From positions 800,001 to 864,000 of the forward strand of contig CBDCWC010000003.1 in assembly GCA_965223295.1 (NCBI GenBank): DNA of 64,000 bases. Reading direction: 5' to 3'. Below the pieces are notes generated by a model, which worked only from the letters and a program-made list of their open reading frames with translations, had not been told where the DNA came from and did not search any database. Below, piece by piece: positions 1-9,378 of the stretch. Within the stretch, counting starts at the first letter, position 1. Each line of letters begins with the position of its first letter. The stretch comes from Nitrospirales bacterium (GTDB lineage Bacteria; Nitrospirota; Nitrospiria; Nitrospirales; UBA8639). The translations under genes were made by a program, and so were the position numbers.

Positions 1-1038
1 AAAGGAAATCCGAAACTTCTTCCCATTAAGCGTCGACTTCGGTCCAACTCAACCCGGACGGAAGAATTGCTTTGGGCAAAACTCCGCCATAAACAATTCT
101 TCCCCGTAAAGTTCCGTCGGCAACATGGAATTGGACCATATATTGTGGATTTCTTTTGTCCTGAAAAACGTTTGGTTGTTGAAGTTGATGGGGACACCCA
201 TGCGACTGAAGCTCAACAAACAAAAGATCACACACGCGAAGAGTATCTCAGGTCTTTGGGGCTACAAATTGTACGGCACACAAACCATGAAGTCCTTAAT
301 AATCTTGATGGGGTTTTGGAGGACCTGATTCGACGCGTCTTAAAAGAATCTACCTCCTATAATCCCTCCTTACAAAGGAGGGAAAAACTACCAGACAAGG
401 ACATTACGCTTTCTTCCAAGAAGTCAACAAAAGAAATTAGAAATGCCGAACTGAAACCTCTGCCGCGTGAGTTTTATGATAGGCCCACATTGAAGGTGGC
501 GAAAGCACTGTTAGGGAAAGTGCTCGTTCGAGAAACATCCAAAGGCAACCTAATGGCAAAAATTGTCGATGTTGAAGCCTATGTTGGACCAAAGGATAAG
601 GCTTGTCATGCGTCCAAAGGCCGGACGAAACGCACAGACATCATGTTTGGTTCAGCCGGATATACGTATGTCTATCTCATCTATGGAATGTACCACTTGC
701 TCAATATCGTCACTGAGCAAGAAGGCTATCCCGCTGCTGTTTTAATTCGAGGTCTGGAACCTGTAGAAAAAGTAGCTCCATCAACACGTCAAACTCGCAT
801 TGATGGCCCGGGACGGGTCGGCCGTTTCTTAGAACTAGCCCACACCCATAACGGCCTCGATACAACACAAGGCAAGACGATTTGGGTCGAAGATCATGGC
901 GTCACCGTTCCAAGGAAGAGCATTCAAGCCCTACCCCGCGTCGGCGTCGACTATGCAGGAGAATGGGCAAAGAAACTGTGGCGATTCTGTCTCCCTACTT
1001 CTTCTCCCCCCAAAAGACGTCAATCCAAAATAATATGA
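1..1038 (+). CDS. DUF559 (Vsr-like PD-(D/E)xK endonuclease) domain fused in frame to DNA-3-methyladenine glycosylase (MPG); 5' end lies outside the window
   Basis: Frame is open from base 1. N-half has the DUF559 signature (EELLWAKLR..KFRRQH.IG.YIVDFFC.EKRLVVEVDGDTH). C-half has MPG motifs (VAKALLGKVL, VEAY, MFG..G..YVYLIYGMYH.LNIV, AAVLIRG, GPG, PRVGV). Confidence 0.85.
   Translation, partial: KGNPKLLPIKRRLRSNSTRTEELLWAKLRHKQFFPVKFRRQHGIGPYIVDFFCPEKRLVVEVDGDTHATEAQQTKDHTREEYLRSLGLQIVRHTNHEVLNNLDGVLEDLIRRVLKESTSYNPSLQRREKLPDKDITLSSKKSTKEIRNAELKPLPREFYDRPTLKVAKALLGKVLVRETSKGNLMAKIVDVEAYVGPKDKACHASKGRTKRTDIMFGSAGYTYVYLIYGMYHLLNIVTEQEGYPAAVLIRGLEPVEKVAPSTRQTRIDGPGRVGRFLELAHTHNGLDTTQGKTIWVEDHGVTVPRKSIQALPRVGVDYAGEWAKKLWRFCLPTSSPPKRRQSKII
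349..383. repeat. REP-like palindrome inside the DUF559-MPG linker
   Basis: tctacctcc...tccctccttacaaaggaggga hairpin; related copies at 4550-4604 and 4665-4723. Confidence 0.65.
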
Positions 1039-1187
1039 GTGCTATTGAATCCTTTCCCCGGATATCTTGAACAAGTACAGCCGTCTACGTTACCCTAAGC
1101 TGTCAGAAATATGTTGGCTACGTCCCGTATGCGACATGTGACAAATCGCTTCTCTTTTCCACGAACAATAAAGAAGGAGACACAACT

Positions 1188-1280
1188 ATGGGCAATCCGC
1201 TCGATACCATTAATGGGACCATTACCGCAGGGTTTGTCCTAACGATCGTGCTGTACGGCTTAGTCAAAATGCTGGTATGA
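1188..1280 (+). CDS. 30-aa single-TM small protein (MGNPLDTINGTITAGFVLTIVLYGLVKMLV), absent from the ORF track
   Basis: AAGGAG RBS at 1174-1179, ATG 1188, TGA 1280, one hydrophobic helix, directly upstream of the PuuD-like gene. Confidence 0.7.
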   Translation: MGNPLDTINGTITAGFVLTIVLYGLVKMLV

Positions 1281-1333
1281 CCTCACCAGCCAATACCGAT
1301 TTTTTATTCATCTCACAAAGATAAGGACACAAC

Positions 1334-1813
1334 ATGGAAAGCATATTAGCCTGGGGACATTTCCTCGCGGGGATTACCTGGATCGGCATTCTCTATTATT
1401 TTAATTTCATCCAAGTCCCGTTTCTCAAAGTCGTGACACCCGAAACCAAGGCTGAAGCCTTCAAACATCTAGTCCCCAACGCCTTATGGTGGTTTCGATG
1501 GGGCGCGCTCGCCACCTGGGTGTTTGGATTTATGTTGTTAGGGAATCAAGGCCGAATCGGCGGAGCCTTTTTATTACAAGGCCAAGATGCGGTCATCGGC
1601 ATGGGTGCTTGGCTCGGCACAATCATGCTCTTGAACGTCTGGGGCATCATTTGGCCCAATCAGAAAAAAGTGTTGGGCATGAAAGAAGCCACGCCGGAAG
1701 AAAAAGCCGCGGCAGCACGCACAGCCCTGTTGGCGTCACGCACTAATACCATGCTTTCTATTCCCATGTTATTCTTCATGGCCTCCTCCGGCCATGCTTC
1801 AGGGTTGTTCTAA
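1334..1813 (+). CDS. Urate hydroxylase PuuD-like membrane protein (no cytochrome c domain)
   Basis: Motifs H.LAGITWIG.LYYFNF.Q, LWWFRWGA..TW, NVWGIIWPNQKK, SRTNTMLSIPMLFFM. Confidence 0.75.
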   Translation: MESILAWGHFLAGITWIGILYYFNFIQVPFLKVVTPETKAEAFKHLVPNALWWFRWGALATWVFGFMLLGNQGRIGGAFLLQGQDAVIGMGAWLGTIMLLNVWGIIWPNQKKVLGMKEATPEEKAAAARTALLASRTNTMLSIPMLFFMASSGHASGLF

Positions 1814-1843
1814 ACAGACAACTAGCGACCCAATCCTTTCAAT

Positions 1844-1877
1844 AAAAAAGGCCGGCTCACGTGAGCCGGCCTTTTTT
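1844..1877. terminator. Bidirectional intrinsic terminator
   Basis: Perfect palindrome aaaaaaggccggctcacgtgagccggcctttttt between convergent genes. Confidence 0.85.
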
Positions 1878-1942
1878 ACTTTTACCCTTCACCTAAGAAT
1901 TCCCGAAAGGGTGTATCCTTATACTTACTCTCCGCAATAAAT

Positions 1943-3052
1943 TTAAGACGGTATTGATGGATCATAAGCCGGATAGTCAGTATAGCCGTCTTTTTCAAAC
2001 GAAAACCACGTATTCATATCTTCTGATGGAGCCAATGGCCATCCATTCCGAAATCGCTCAACCAGATCAGGATTGCTGATATAGGGTCGGCCAAAGGCCA
2101 CAAGATCAGCCTGCTTGGTCCGAATCGCCGCCTCAGCCGTTTCTTGCGTATACCCACAATTGCTCATAATGGGCCCCGAAAACACCTTTCGAAATTCACT
2201 CAGTGTCATGGGCTCTCCCAACTCATGAAACCCAAAGGCCAACCCGTCGACCACATGCAGATAAGCGAGCCCTTCCTTTTCAAGCTGGCTAGCGGCATAG
2301 GTAAAGGTTTCACGAAAATCTTCGGAGCCCATATCATTATAATTGCCATTCGGACTTAGCCGAACTGCCACTCGATGTGCTGGCCACACCTCAATGACCG
2401 CGGATACAATTTCATGTAAAAAACGAAAACGGTTCTCCAGACTTCCGCCATACTGATCCGTCCGTTTGTTAGTTTTTGATTGCAAAAATTGGTCAATCAG
2501 ATAGCCATTCGCACTATGAATTTCCACGCCATCAAACCCGGCGTTTTTGGCTCGTTTCGCTCCCTGCTTATAAGCTTCAACCACACCAAGAATTTCAGCG
2601 GTCTCAAGAGCTCGAGGGGTTTCATAAGACTTTTTGCCTTGTGGGGTATGTATATATTCCCCATTCGATTTCACGGCAGACGGTGCCACTGGCAAAGCTC
2701 CACCATGAAAATCACTGTGTGAAGCTCGACCGCAATGCCATAGTTGAAGAAAGATTTTTGATCCTTTGGCATGCACGGCATCGGTCACAATTTTCCACGC
2801 TGTCCCTTGCTCGTCAGTATATATGCCAGGCGCATTGACCCAACCAATCCCCTGCTCCGAAATAAAGGTGGCCTCTGTAATAAGCAGGCCAGCATTGGAT
2901 CGTTGCGCATAATATTCAGCCATGAGGGCATTAGCCATCCGTTCTGTCCCAGCCCGCGCACGAGTCATGGGAGAGAGTACAACGCGATTGTCTAATTTCA
3001 AATCACCTAATTGAAAGGGAGTCAGCAACTCTTGAGGTGGAGTCATGGTCAA
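1943..3052 (-). CDS. Old yellow enzyme family alkene reductase (NemA-like)
   Basis: NRVVLSPMTRAR, YYAQR, QLWHCGR, AGFDGVEIHSANGYLIDQFL, VAFGRPYISNPDL. Confidence 0.92.
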   Translation of the reverse strand: MTMTPPQELLTPFQLGDLKLDNRVVLSPMTRARAGTERMANALMAEYYAQRSNAGLLITEATFISEQGIGWVNAPGIYTDEQGTAWKIVTDAVHAKGSKIFLQLWHCGRASHSDFHGGALPVAPSAVKSNGEYIHTPQGKKSYETPRALETAEILGVVEAYKQGAKRAKNAGFDGVEIHSANGYLIDQFLQSKTNKRTDQYGGSLENRFRFLHEIVSAVIEVWPAHRVAVRLSPNGNYNDMGSEDFRETFTYAASQLEKEGLAYLHVVDGLAFGFHELGEPMTLSEFRKVFSGPIMSNCGYTQETAEAAIRTKQADLVAFGRPYISNPDLVERFRNGWPLAPSEDMNTWFSFEKDGYTDYPAYDPSIPS

Positions 3053-3061
3053 TCCTTGGAG

Positions 3062-3298
3062 TTATTCCTGAACAACGATATGAGTATCGGTTTCTTCGAC
3101 GCCGGGAATCGGATGAATTTTGGTCATAATAAGATTGGCTAAGGCCCGGTCGTCAGGCGCATTGACCAACCCAAAGATATCCGGATGACCAAAACACGCA
3201 TGCGCCTGTTCAACTTCAGACAACGCTTTCAACGTAGCCAACACATCTTGGGCCTTCCCGGCTTTAACCTTCATCAAAATATACGCTTTTGCTGCCAT
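3062..3298 (-). CDS. Lrp/AsnC ligand-binding domain protein
   Basis: 78 aa; AYILMKV..G, G.PDI, IPGVEET.THIV pattern; GGAGG RBS. Confidence 0.8.
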   Translation of the reverse strand: MAAKAYILMKVKAGKAQDVLATLKALSEVEQAHACFGHPDIFGLVNAPDDRALANLIMTKIHPIPGVEETDTHIVVQE

Positions 3299-3553
3299 GG
3301 CAACCTCCTTGTTCTAGAACCATTGCACCGTAGGCTTACCGAACGCTGTTCTACCATAGACACCATCGTAATTCTAGCCTGCCATTAGGGTAGCAGACTG
3401 GTTTTTATGGCTATTTCACAACATCATAATCTCTGCGTCTTTGGTTTTTCGAAATTTATTATGCCGAAAGGTGAAGCCTGACATTCTATAAATCGAGTCT
3501 GACCCCTTATAAATGTAAATGATACATTGACCAACGCACTTGTCATTTGCTAA

Positions 3554-3570
3554 TTAGGAATCATTCCTAA
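3554..3570. promoter_or_regulatory. PerR/Fur-type operator
   Basis: Perfect 8-1-8 palindrome TTAGGAAT-C-ATTCCTAA 24 bp before perR; TTGACC -35 at 3527. Confidence 0.7.
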
Positions 3571-3594
3571 GAAGGAATTATACTAAGAGTCTCG

Positions 3595-4068
3595 ATGAAC
3601 CTTTCTCTTGATGACATCCAACAAAAGTTTCGTGACTGTGGGCTAAAGTCCACGCCACAACGGACGGCTATTTATCAAGCCTTAGTACAGAGTACTGCTC
3701 ATCCGACCGCAGAAGATCTTTTCACGCAGGTGTCGCCCACGTTACCCATGTTGTCTATGAATACAGTCTATTACACATTAGACATCTTACGCACTGCCGG
3801 CCTCATACAAGAAGTAAATATTGGCCATGAGCGAGCCCGTTTTGATGCAAACCTCACTCCCCATCATCATGTGATTTGCTTGGGCTGCCAGACCATTTAC
3901 GATGTCATGGATTCGCGATTGAACCGCTTAACCTCACCGTCGGGAATTCCCAAAGACTTTGAGATCACCAATCATCAAGTCGCCTTCAGAGGATATTGCG
4001 GCTCTTGCCGCCGATCTCGAACAAAGAAGAAGGCATCACCATCGGGTCGAAACCCCGTTACACATTAA
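3595..4068 (+). CDS. perR: Fur-family peroxide regulator PerR
   Basis: TPQR.AI, HPTAE, TVY.TL, RFDAN..HHHVICLGC, GYCGSC; precedes rubrerythrin. Confidence 0.85.
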   Translation: MNLSLDDIQQKFRDCGLKSTPQRTAIYQALVQSTAHPTAEDLFTQVSPTLPMLSMNTVYYTLDILRTAGLIQEVNIGHERARFDANLTPHHHVICLGCQTIYDVMDSRLNRLTSPSGIPKDFEITNHQVAFRGYCGSCRRSRTKKKASPSGRNPVTH

Positions 4069-4079
4069 AGGAGGATGTT

Positions 4080-4508
4080 ATGTGCAACAGTCTAAAAGGC
4101 ACCAAAAGTCACGAAAATTTGAAAGCCGCCTTCGCCGGCGAGTCTCAGGCCAACCGCCGCTATCTGTACTTTGCGAAGCGTGCCGATATTGAAGGATACA
4201 CCGATATTGGCGGCCTGTTCCGCGATACATCAGAAGCCGAAACTGGCCATGCTTTTGGTCATTTAGATTTTTTAAAAGAAGTTGGTGACCCAGCCACCGG
4301 TGTTCCCATTGGAAATACCGATGCCAATTTAAAGGCTGCGATTGAAGGTGAGACCTACGAATACACCCAAATGTATCCGGGCATGGCCAAAACTGCCCGC
4401 GATGAAGGCTTCGAGGAATTAGCGGAATGGTTTGAAACGCTCGCCAAAGCCGAGCGCTCACATGCCAACCGCTTTACCAAAGGGCTTGAGTCACTGAATC
4501 AAGGGTGA
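4080..4508 (+). CDS. rbr: Rubrerythrin (short type without rubredoxin domain)
   Basis: AAGGAGG RBS then ATG 4080; [33 protein letters not shown]. Confidence 0.92.
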   Translation: MCNSLKGTKSHENLKAAFAGESQANRRYLYFAKRADIEGYTDIGGLFRDTSEAETGHAFGHLDFLKEVGDPATGVPIGNTDANLKAAIEGETYEYTQMYPGMAKTARDEGFEELAEWFETLAKAERSHANRFTKGLESLNQG

Positions 4509-4549
4509 TCACTAACAATTTTTGAAGTAATTGTAAGCCTCCTTCTTTC

Positions 4550-4723
4550 CTCCCCTTTTGTAAGGGGCTTGGGCCCGAAGAGGGCCCAAGCAGGTGGGGT
4601 AGAGTCTGGCGTCAAGCTCATGATGTTCATTTTTAAATATGAAGTTCTTATTGCTAGTCGATGTCTCTACCTCCCGAATTTTCCCTCTTCGGAAAAACTC
4701 CCCGTCCTTACAAAGGACGGGGA
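4550..4723. repeat. Inverted pair of REP-like elements (4550-4604 and 4665-4723)
   Basis: ctccccttttgtaagggg...ggggtagag and ctctacctcc...ccccgtccttacaaaggacgggga; each carries an inserted hairpin. Confidence 0.65.
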
Positions 4724-4755
4724 ATTTATGACCTTCTTTTCCAACATATGCAACC

Positions 4756-6033
4756 ATGCCGAAATTTGATTTGATTACTCCGGGGTGGCAACGCTCTGAT
4801 CTTGAGACTGAAACGCTGCGAGTGTTTGATATCTGTGACGGGTGTCGCCGCTGTTTCAATCTTTGTCCGTCATTTACGACAATGCTCGACCGTATCGATG
4901 ATCATGAAAGTGATATCTCAAAACTCACGCCACAAGATTTCACGCAGATTGAACAAGAATGCTACTACTGCAAACTCTGCTTTAACCATTGCCCCTATTC
5001 CCCCCCACACGAATATGACTTAGATTTCCCTCGGTTAATGGCTGCCTGGAAAAAGCACCGCTCAGCTGAAGGTGGAACCACCTGGCGCGATAAACTGCTC
5101 ATTCAAACTGACCTTATTGGGAAAGCCGGGAGTCTGACCGCGCCATTCACGAATTGGGCACTACAAACCCCTTGGGTACGCGGTCTTGTGGAAACCGTTG
5201 CAGGCGTTCATCACTCGCGAAAAGTCCTCCCCTTTCAAGCCGAAACATTTACCCAATGGTGGGAACGACGAAAGTCGTCGGCATCGAAACCTCCCACGCC
5301 AAAAGCCAAAGTAGCTTTCTTTCCCAGTTGCTTAGTCAACTTTCAAGTTACCGACATTGGCAAAGCCACCATACAAATTCTTGAAAAGAACGGGATTGAG
5401 GTCGTCGTCCCACCCAACCAACAATGCTGCGGCATGCCACGCTTCGACTTAGGCGATATCGAGAGCATGCAAAGGATCGCTGACCAGCAATGCCAACAGT
5501 TCATGCCCTACGTCGAGCAAGGTTATGACATCGTCATTCCCGCCCCTAGTTGCAGCTTGATGTTCAAGCGGGAATATCCCTACCTGAAACCTTCTCCCGA
5601 CGTGACGCGCCTCGCAGAACACACATTTGACGTCTGCGAATATCTAATGCGCTTAAAAAAAAACAAGACCCTTTCCTTAGATTTTGTACAGAATCCCGGT
5701 CGAGTGGCGTATCAAATTCCTTGTCATCTCCGAGATCAAAACATTGGATTTAAATCGAAAGACATGATGGAGCTCACAGGGGCCAAGGTCCATCTGATTG
5801 AAAAATGCTCGGGGCATGATGGTACCTGGAGCGCCAAGAAAGAATTTTTTGACATGTCGATGAAAATTGCGAAAAAAGCGGTGAGGGAAATCAAGGACGA
5901 ACATTTCGATATAGTGGCATCCGATTGCCCGCTGTCCGCCGTACAACTCGACCAGGCTCTTAATGCTCCTCCGACTCGACCCGCGCTGCACCCCATTCAG
6001 GTGGTCCGCAATGCCTATGGGCTACCCTCATGA
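4756..6033 (+). CDS. Rubrerythrin-associated Fe-S oxidoreductase (GlpC/HdrD-like, CCG domains)
   Basis: CDGCRRCFNLC, CYYCKLCFNHCP, CCGMP, PCH, CSGHDG, SDCP. Confidence 0.85.
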   Translation: MPKFDLITPGWQRSDLETETLRVFDICDGCRRCFNLCPSFTTMLDRIDDHESDISKLTPQDFTQIEQECYYCKLCFNHCPYSPPHEYDLDFPRLMAAWKKHRSAEGGTTWRDKLLIQTDLIGKAGSLTAPFTNWALQTPWVRGLVETVAGVHHSRKVLPFQAETFTQWWERRKSSASKPPTPKAKVAFFPSCLVNFQVTDIGKATIQILEKNGIEVVVPPNQQCCGMPRFDLGDIESMQRIADQQCQQFMPYVEQGYDIVIPAPSCSLMFKREYPYLKPSPDVTRLAEHTFDVCEYLMRLKKNKTLSLDFVQNPGRVAYQIPCHLRDQNIGFKSKDMMELTGAKVHLIEKCSGHDGTWSAKKEFFDMSMKIAKKAVREIKDEHFDIVASDCPLSAVQLDQALNAPPTRPALHPIQVVRNAYGLPS

Positions 6034-6611
6034 AGCCCATCGCGCCACAAGAGCTGCTCTCTGCAGCAGCGTATGAAGAACAACGAACAGACATTCGGCA
6101 GCGCATTATTACTCTGAAGAAACGCCGACGAATGACAGTCGGTGAATATATTACCTTAGTGTTTGAAAATCGCGAGACGGTCGTTTTTCAGATACAAGAA
6201 ATGTTACGAACCGAACGTATTTTTGCACCAGAGAAAATTCAAGAAGAATGTGATGTCTATAATACACTCTTGCCCGGAGCGGACGAACTCAGCGCCACCC
6301 TCTTTATTGAACTTACGGAAGAGCATAAAATCCAAGAACTTCTGGACTCCCTCAAAGGTATTGACAATCCGGATATCGTGGCTATCTGTATAGGAAGGGA
6401 GAAAATTTTTGCCGCCTTTGAAGCCGGACATAGCAATGAAGAAAAGATTAGTGCCGTGCATTTTGTTCGATTTGCCGTCACTCCAAATTTTAGGGACCAA
6501 CTGGCCCAGGCTGACACCCCGGCCTTCCTAACTATTAACCACAAGAATTTTCAAGCAGAAGCCCCAATAGGAGATGAAATGAGACAGGAATGGCTTAACG
6601 ACTTACAATAA
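6030..6611 (+). CDS. DUF3501 family protein
   Basis: KKRRR..VG..ITLVFENRETV.FQIQEMLRTE, LSATLFIE, KISAVHFVRF; ATGA overlap with the upstream gene. Confidence 0.85.
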   Translation: MKPIAPQELLSAAAYEEQRTDIRQRIITLKKRRRMTVGEYITLVFENRETVVFQIQEMLRTERIFAPEKIQEECDVYNTLLPGADELSATLFIELTEEHKIQELLDSLKGIDNPDIVAICIGREKIFAAFEAGHSNEEKISAVHFVRFAVTPNFRDQLAQADTPAFLTINHKNFQAEAPIGDEMRQEWLNDLQ

Positions 6612-6774
6612 GTTTCTGTTTGTCAGACCATGAGGAATAAGGCCATTGACTCAAATTGACAATCGAAAAAGGTATACTTTAAGATAAAAACTCAATATTG
6701 CAGTCCTTTCAACCGATTGAAAGGAAAGAAGAATTTTACATTTTTCGTGACGTTCATAAAGGGAGGACACACAC

Positions 6775-7095
6775 ATGGTTACCATTACCGAAATCGCGGA
6801 AGAAAAGATTAAAGAACTCATAAAGGAAGAAGAAAGTGCCGTGGGACTTCGCATTTACGTGAAAGGCGGAGGCTGCAGCGGCTATCAATATGGCATGTCA
6901 TTCGAAGACAAAACCAGCGACGACGACACCATCGTGGAAAAAGGTGATGTCAAAGTCATCGTAGATTCACAAAGCGCCCCCATGCTCAGCGGTGCTGAAG
7001 TGGACTATGTCGACAGCTTGCAAGGATCAGGATTCTCCATCAAAAATCCACAAGCGAAATCGACCTGTGGCTGCGGGAGTTCCTTTTCAACGTAA
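6775..7095 (+). CDS. erpA: A-type Fe-S carrier ErpA/IscA (HesB family)
   Basis: GGGCSGYQY, NPQAKSTCGCGSSF. Confidence 0.85.
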   Translation: MVTITEIAEEKIKELIKEEESAVGLRIYVKGGGCSGYQYGMSFEDKTSDDDTIVEKGDVKVIVDSQSAPMLSGAEVDYVDSLQGSGFSIKNPQAKSTCGCGSSFST

Positions 7096-7123
7096 TCTAC
7101 TATTTCTAGAGAAGACTGACCAG

Positions 7124-7174
7124 AGAAGGGTTGGACACAGTACAATGCGTACCTGAGTTCAACCCTTCTTTTTT
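7124..7174 (+). terminator. Intrinsic terminator after erpA
   Basis: agaagggttgga...ttcaacccttct stem followed by a T-run. Confidence 0.6.
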
Positions 7175-7201
7175 ATTTGTGTCCTTCTAGAGAATCTCCT
7201 C

Positions 7202-8041
7202 ATGTCTAAATCCACATTAACTAAACGCCTGGAATTTTGCTCTTCCCATCGCTACCACAATCCCAAATGGGATGATGCGAAAAATCGAGAAATATTCGGC
7301 CCCTGCAATAATCCCAATACACATGGTCATAATTATTTGCTAGAAGTCACCCTCTGCGGAGAGATTGACCCAGTCACCGGCATGATCATCAACTTGTATG
7401 ACCTCAAGCAACATTTGTGGGACGTGTTGATTGAATTTGATCATAAAAACTTAAATCTCGATACACCCTATTTCACCACCCGAATTCCGACAACAGAAAA
7501 TCTGGCCCTCACCTTATGGAAGCTTTTAGAAAAACACCCTGATCTACCTTCGCTTGACAAAATTCGCCTCTACGAAGATGCCACACTTTATTCAGAAATC
7601 CAGAAAGGGTTTTTCCCACCCTCTTCACAAACTGACATCGCACTGATCGGTCGCCGATATCAATTCGCAGCGGTACATGAATCTGACCAAAAATCTGCAC
7701 GAGGACATCAGTACGAATTATGGGTATCTATTAAAGACTCCATCCCTGCGGATACTGGACAAATTGTTAATCTTCAGGCATTAGACAACATCGTCAACCA
7801 AGAAATTCTTCAAAGATGGAACCAACGAAATCTTAGCCATGACCCTCTTTTTGCTGATTTTCCCATTACTGATGTCAGCATAGCTCAACAGTGCTGGGCG
7901 ATCCTGACTCCCTTTTTCCCTACTCATCGGCTTAGTCATATTGCTCTCAGCCAACAGCCTGAAACTTTAGCCATCTTCTCTGATTCATATCTACCTCGAA
8001 CAGCACAAACCAGAGATCTCAACATCCAACAAGTCGGCTGA
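7202..8041 (+). CDS. queD: 6-pyruvoyl/6-carboxy-tetrahydropterin synthase, tandem domains (second degenerate)
   Basis: FCSSHRY, CNNPNTHGHNY, FDHKNLN, PTTENLA; second repeat FAAVH..RGHQY. Confidence 0.75.
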   Translation: MSKSTLTKRLEFCSSHRYHNPKWDDAKNREIFGPCNNPNTHGHNYLLEVTLCGEIDPVTGMIINLYDLKQHLWDVLIEFDHKNLNLDTPYFTTRIPTTENLALTLWKLLEKHPDLPSLDKIRLYEDATLYSEIQKGFFPPSSQTDIALIGRRYQFAAVHESDQKSARGHQYELWVSIKDSIPADTGQIVNLQALDNIVNQEILQRWNQRNLSHDPLFADFPITDVSIAQQCWAILTPFFPTHRLSHIALSQQPETLAIFSDSYLPRTAQTRDLNIQQVG

Positions 8042-8060
8042 GATTTGTAAATAGACGCCC

Positions 8061-8399
8061 TTAAAGGCTTTGCGAAAAATACTCCGCAATGAGAGCGGCT
8101 AATTCGTCGGATTCGAGTTGACCTTCTTGGGCCTCTAAGAGGTTGCCGTTGGAGAAAAAGTGGGTGGTGGGGTAAGTTTCAAAGTTGTGTTGTTTTTTGA
8201 TGGCTCGGCATTTTCCAGGAACATGCATTTTGGCTTTGCCAAATCGTATGGTGGCATGCTCCTTTGCTGAAGCTTCCAGAATTGGATCGTAGGCTTTGCA
8301 AGGCTCACAGGCAGCAATCCCATAGGCCACGACTGCCGCGGGAGCCTGCGTGAAGTCCGCGTAGTTTTCATCATTGACGTTTTCAACGATTCCTGACAT
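8061..8399 (-). CDS. Thioredoxin-family protein
   Basis: CEPC motif, YPT cis-Pro loop. Confidence 0.75.
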   Translation of the reverse strand: MSGIVENVNDENYADFTQAPAAVVAYGIAACEPCKAYDPILEASAKEHATIRFGKAKMHVPGKCRAIKKQHNFETYPTTHFFSNGNLLEAQEGQLESDELAALIAEYFSQSL

Positions 8400-8538
8400 A
8401 TCGACTCCTTCTTCTGGCTGTCCTTTCTAAAACGTTTTAATCATCAAATATGCCATTCACCCTCACCTCTCCCTTAATGGCGCGAGGATCTAGTCCTTTC
8501 TGGGTGGGGGAAGGCTATCGTCCTAGACAACACGAGGC

Positions 8539-8581
8539 AAAAGAAAACCCTAAGGAAGCGCATCACACTTCGCTTAGGGTT
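8539..8581 (-). terminator. Intrinsic terminator after peroxiredoxin
   Basis: aaccctaag...cttagggtt stem with a T-rich tail on the minus strand. Confidence 0.6.
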
Positions 8582-8600
8582 CTCTTATTGTTCATGCTAA

Positions 8601-9071
8601 TTAGTTAAGTTTGCTTAAGGCTTCCAGGATCTCTTTGTCATCCCGTGCCACTTTGATTTCTTGCACTTTGGCATAAGCGACTTTGCCTGATTTGTCGACA
8701 ATGACGGTAGCTCGCTTAGAGCAATTCAATGGTTCAAAATACAAACCATAGGCTTTTGACACCGTCCGGTGCATATCCGCTAAGAGTTTGTGTTTGAGTT
8801 CTAACGAATCGGCCCAGGCTTTGTGGGAAAAGAAGCTATCGCAGCTAATCCCCAAGATTTCGGCATTAGCGGATTCAAAGTTAGGAAAGTCGTCCGTCAA
8901 ACACTTATTTTCCCCTTGGCATACGGGACTCCAGTCTAATGGATAAAACGCCAACACAACATTTTTCTTGCCTTGGAAATCACTCAGCTTAATATCATTT
9001 TGATCTTGATCTTTCAGGGTGAAATCTGGAGCAGTATCTCCAACTTTAATTTCTGCGGCCACATCTGACAT
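8601..9071 (-). CDS. Peroxiredoxin (AhpC/TSA, AhpE-like)
   Basis: [37 protein letters not shown]. Confidence 0.9.
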   Translation of the reverse strand: MSDVAAEIKVGDTAPDFTLKDQDQNDIKLSDFQGKKNVVLAFYPLDWSPVCQGENKCLTDDFPNFESANAEILGISCDSFFSHKAWADSLELKHKLLADMHRTVSKAYGLYFEPLNCSKRATVIVDKSGKVAYAKVQEIKVARDDKEILEALSKLN

Positions 9072-9378
9072 GTTCTATCTCCTCCTTGTTGGTAAAATTG
9101 ACGAAAAAGGTTTAGGACAGCCTTTGGTCGTACCATGAGGTGAAAAAGTTTGTCAATTGGCGCATATGGCACTTAAGACCTATGCGGCTTTCTCCAGTTT
9201 GCCTACCAAATACTATTTCATTTGTAGTTTTTTAAAGTACGGTCTTTTCTGTAGGCTTTAGTAATACGGAATCTTTTGCTTCTTGTGTTTTACCCCATCT
9301 CAGGGTATCGTAAAATCAAGGCCGGAAAGTATCTCCTCTCTCATACTTCATGTAAAAAGGATGCCGTTTCTTTCCTGA

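Noticed and set aside
3996-4079. Extended N-termini in the ORF track (rbr 3996, also 30933, 52364, 56320, 61001)
   Set aside because: Downstream ATGs with an RBS, a stop-start overlap or a better domain boundary fit better
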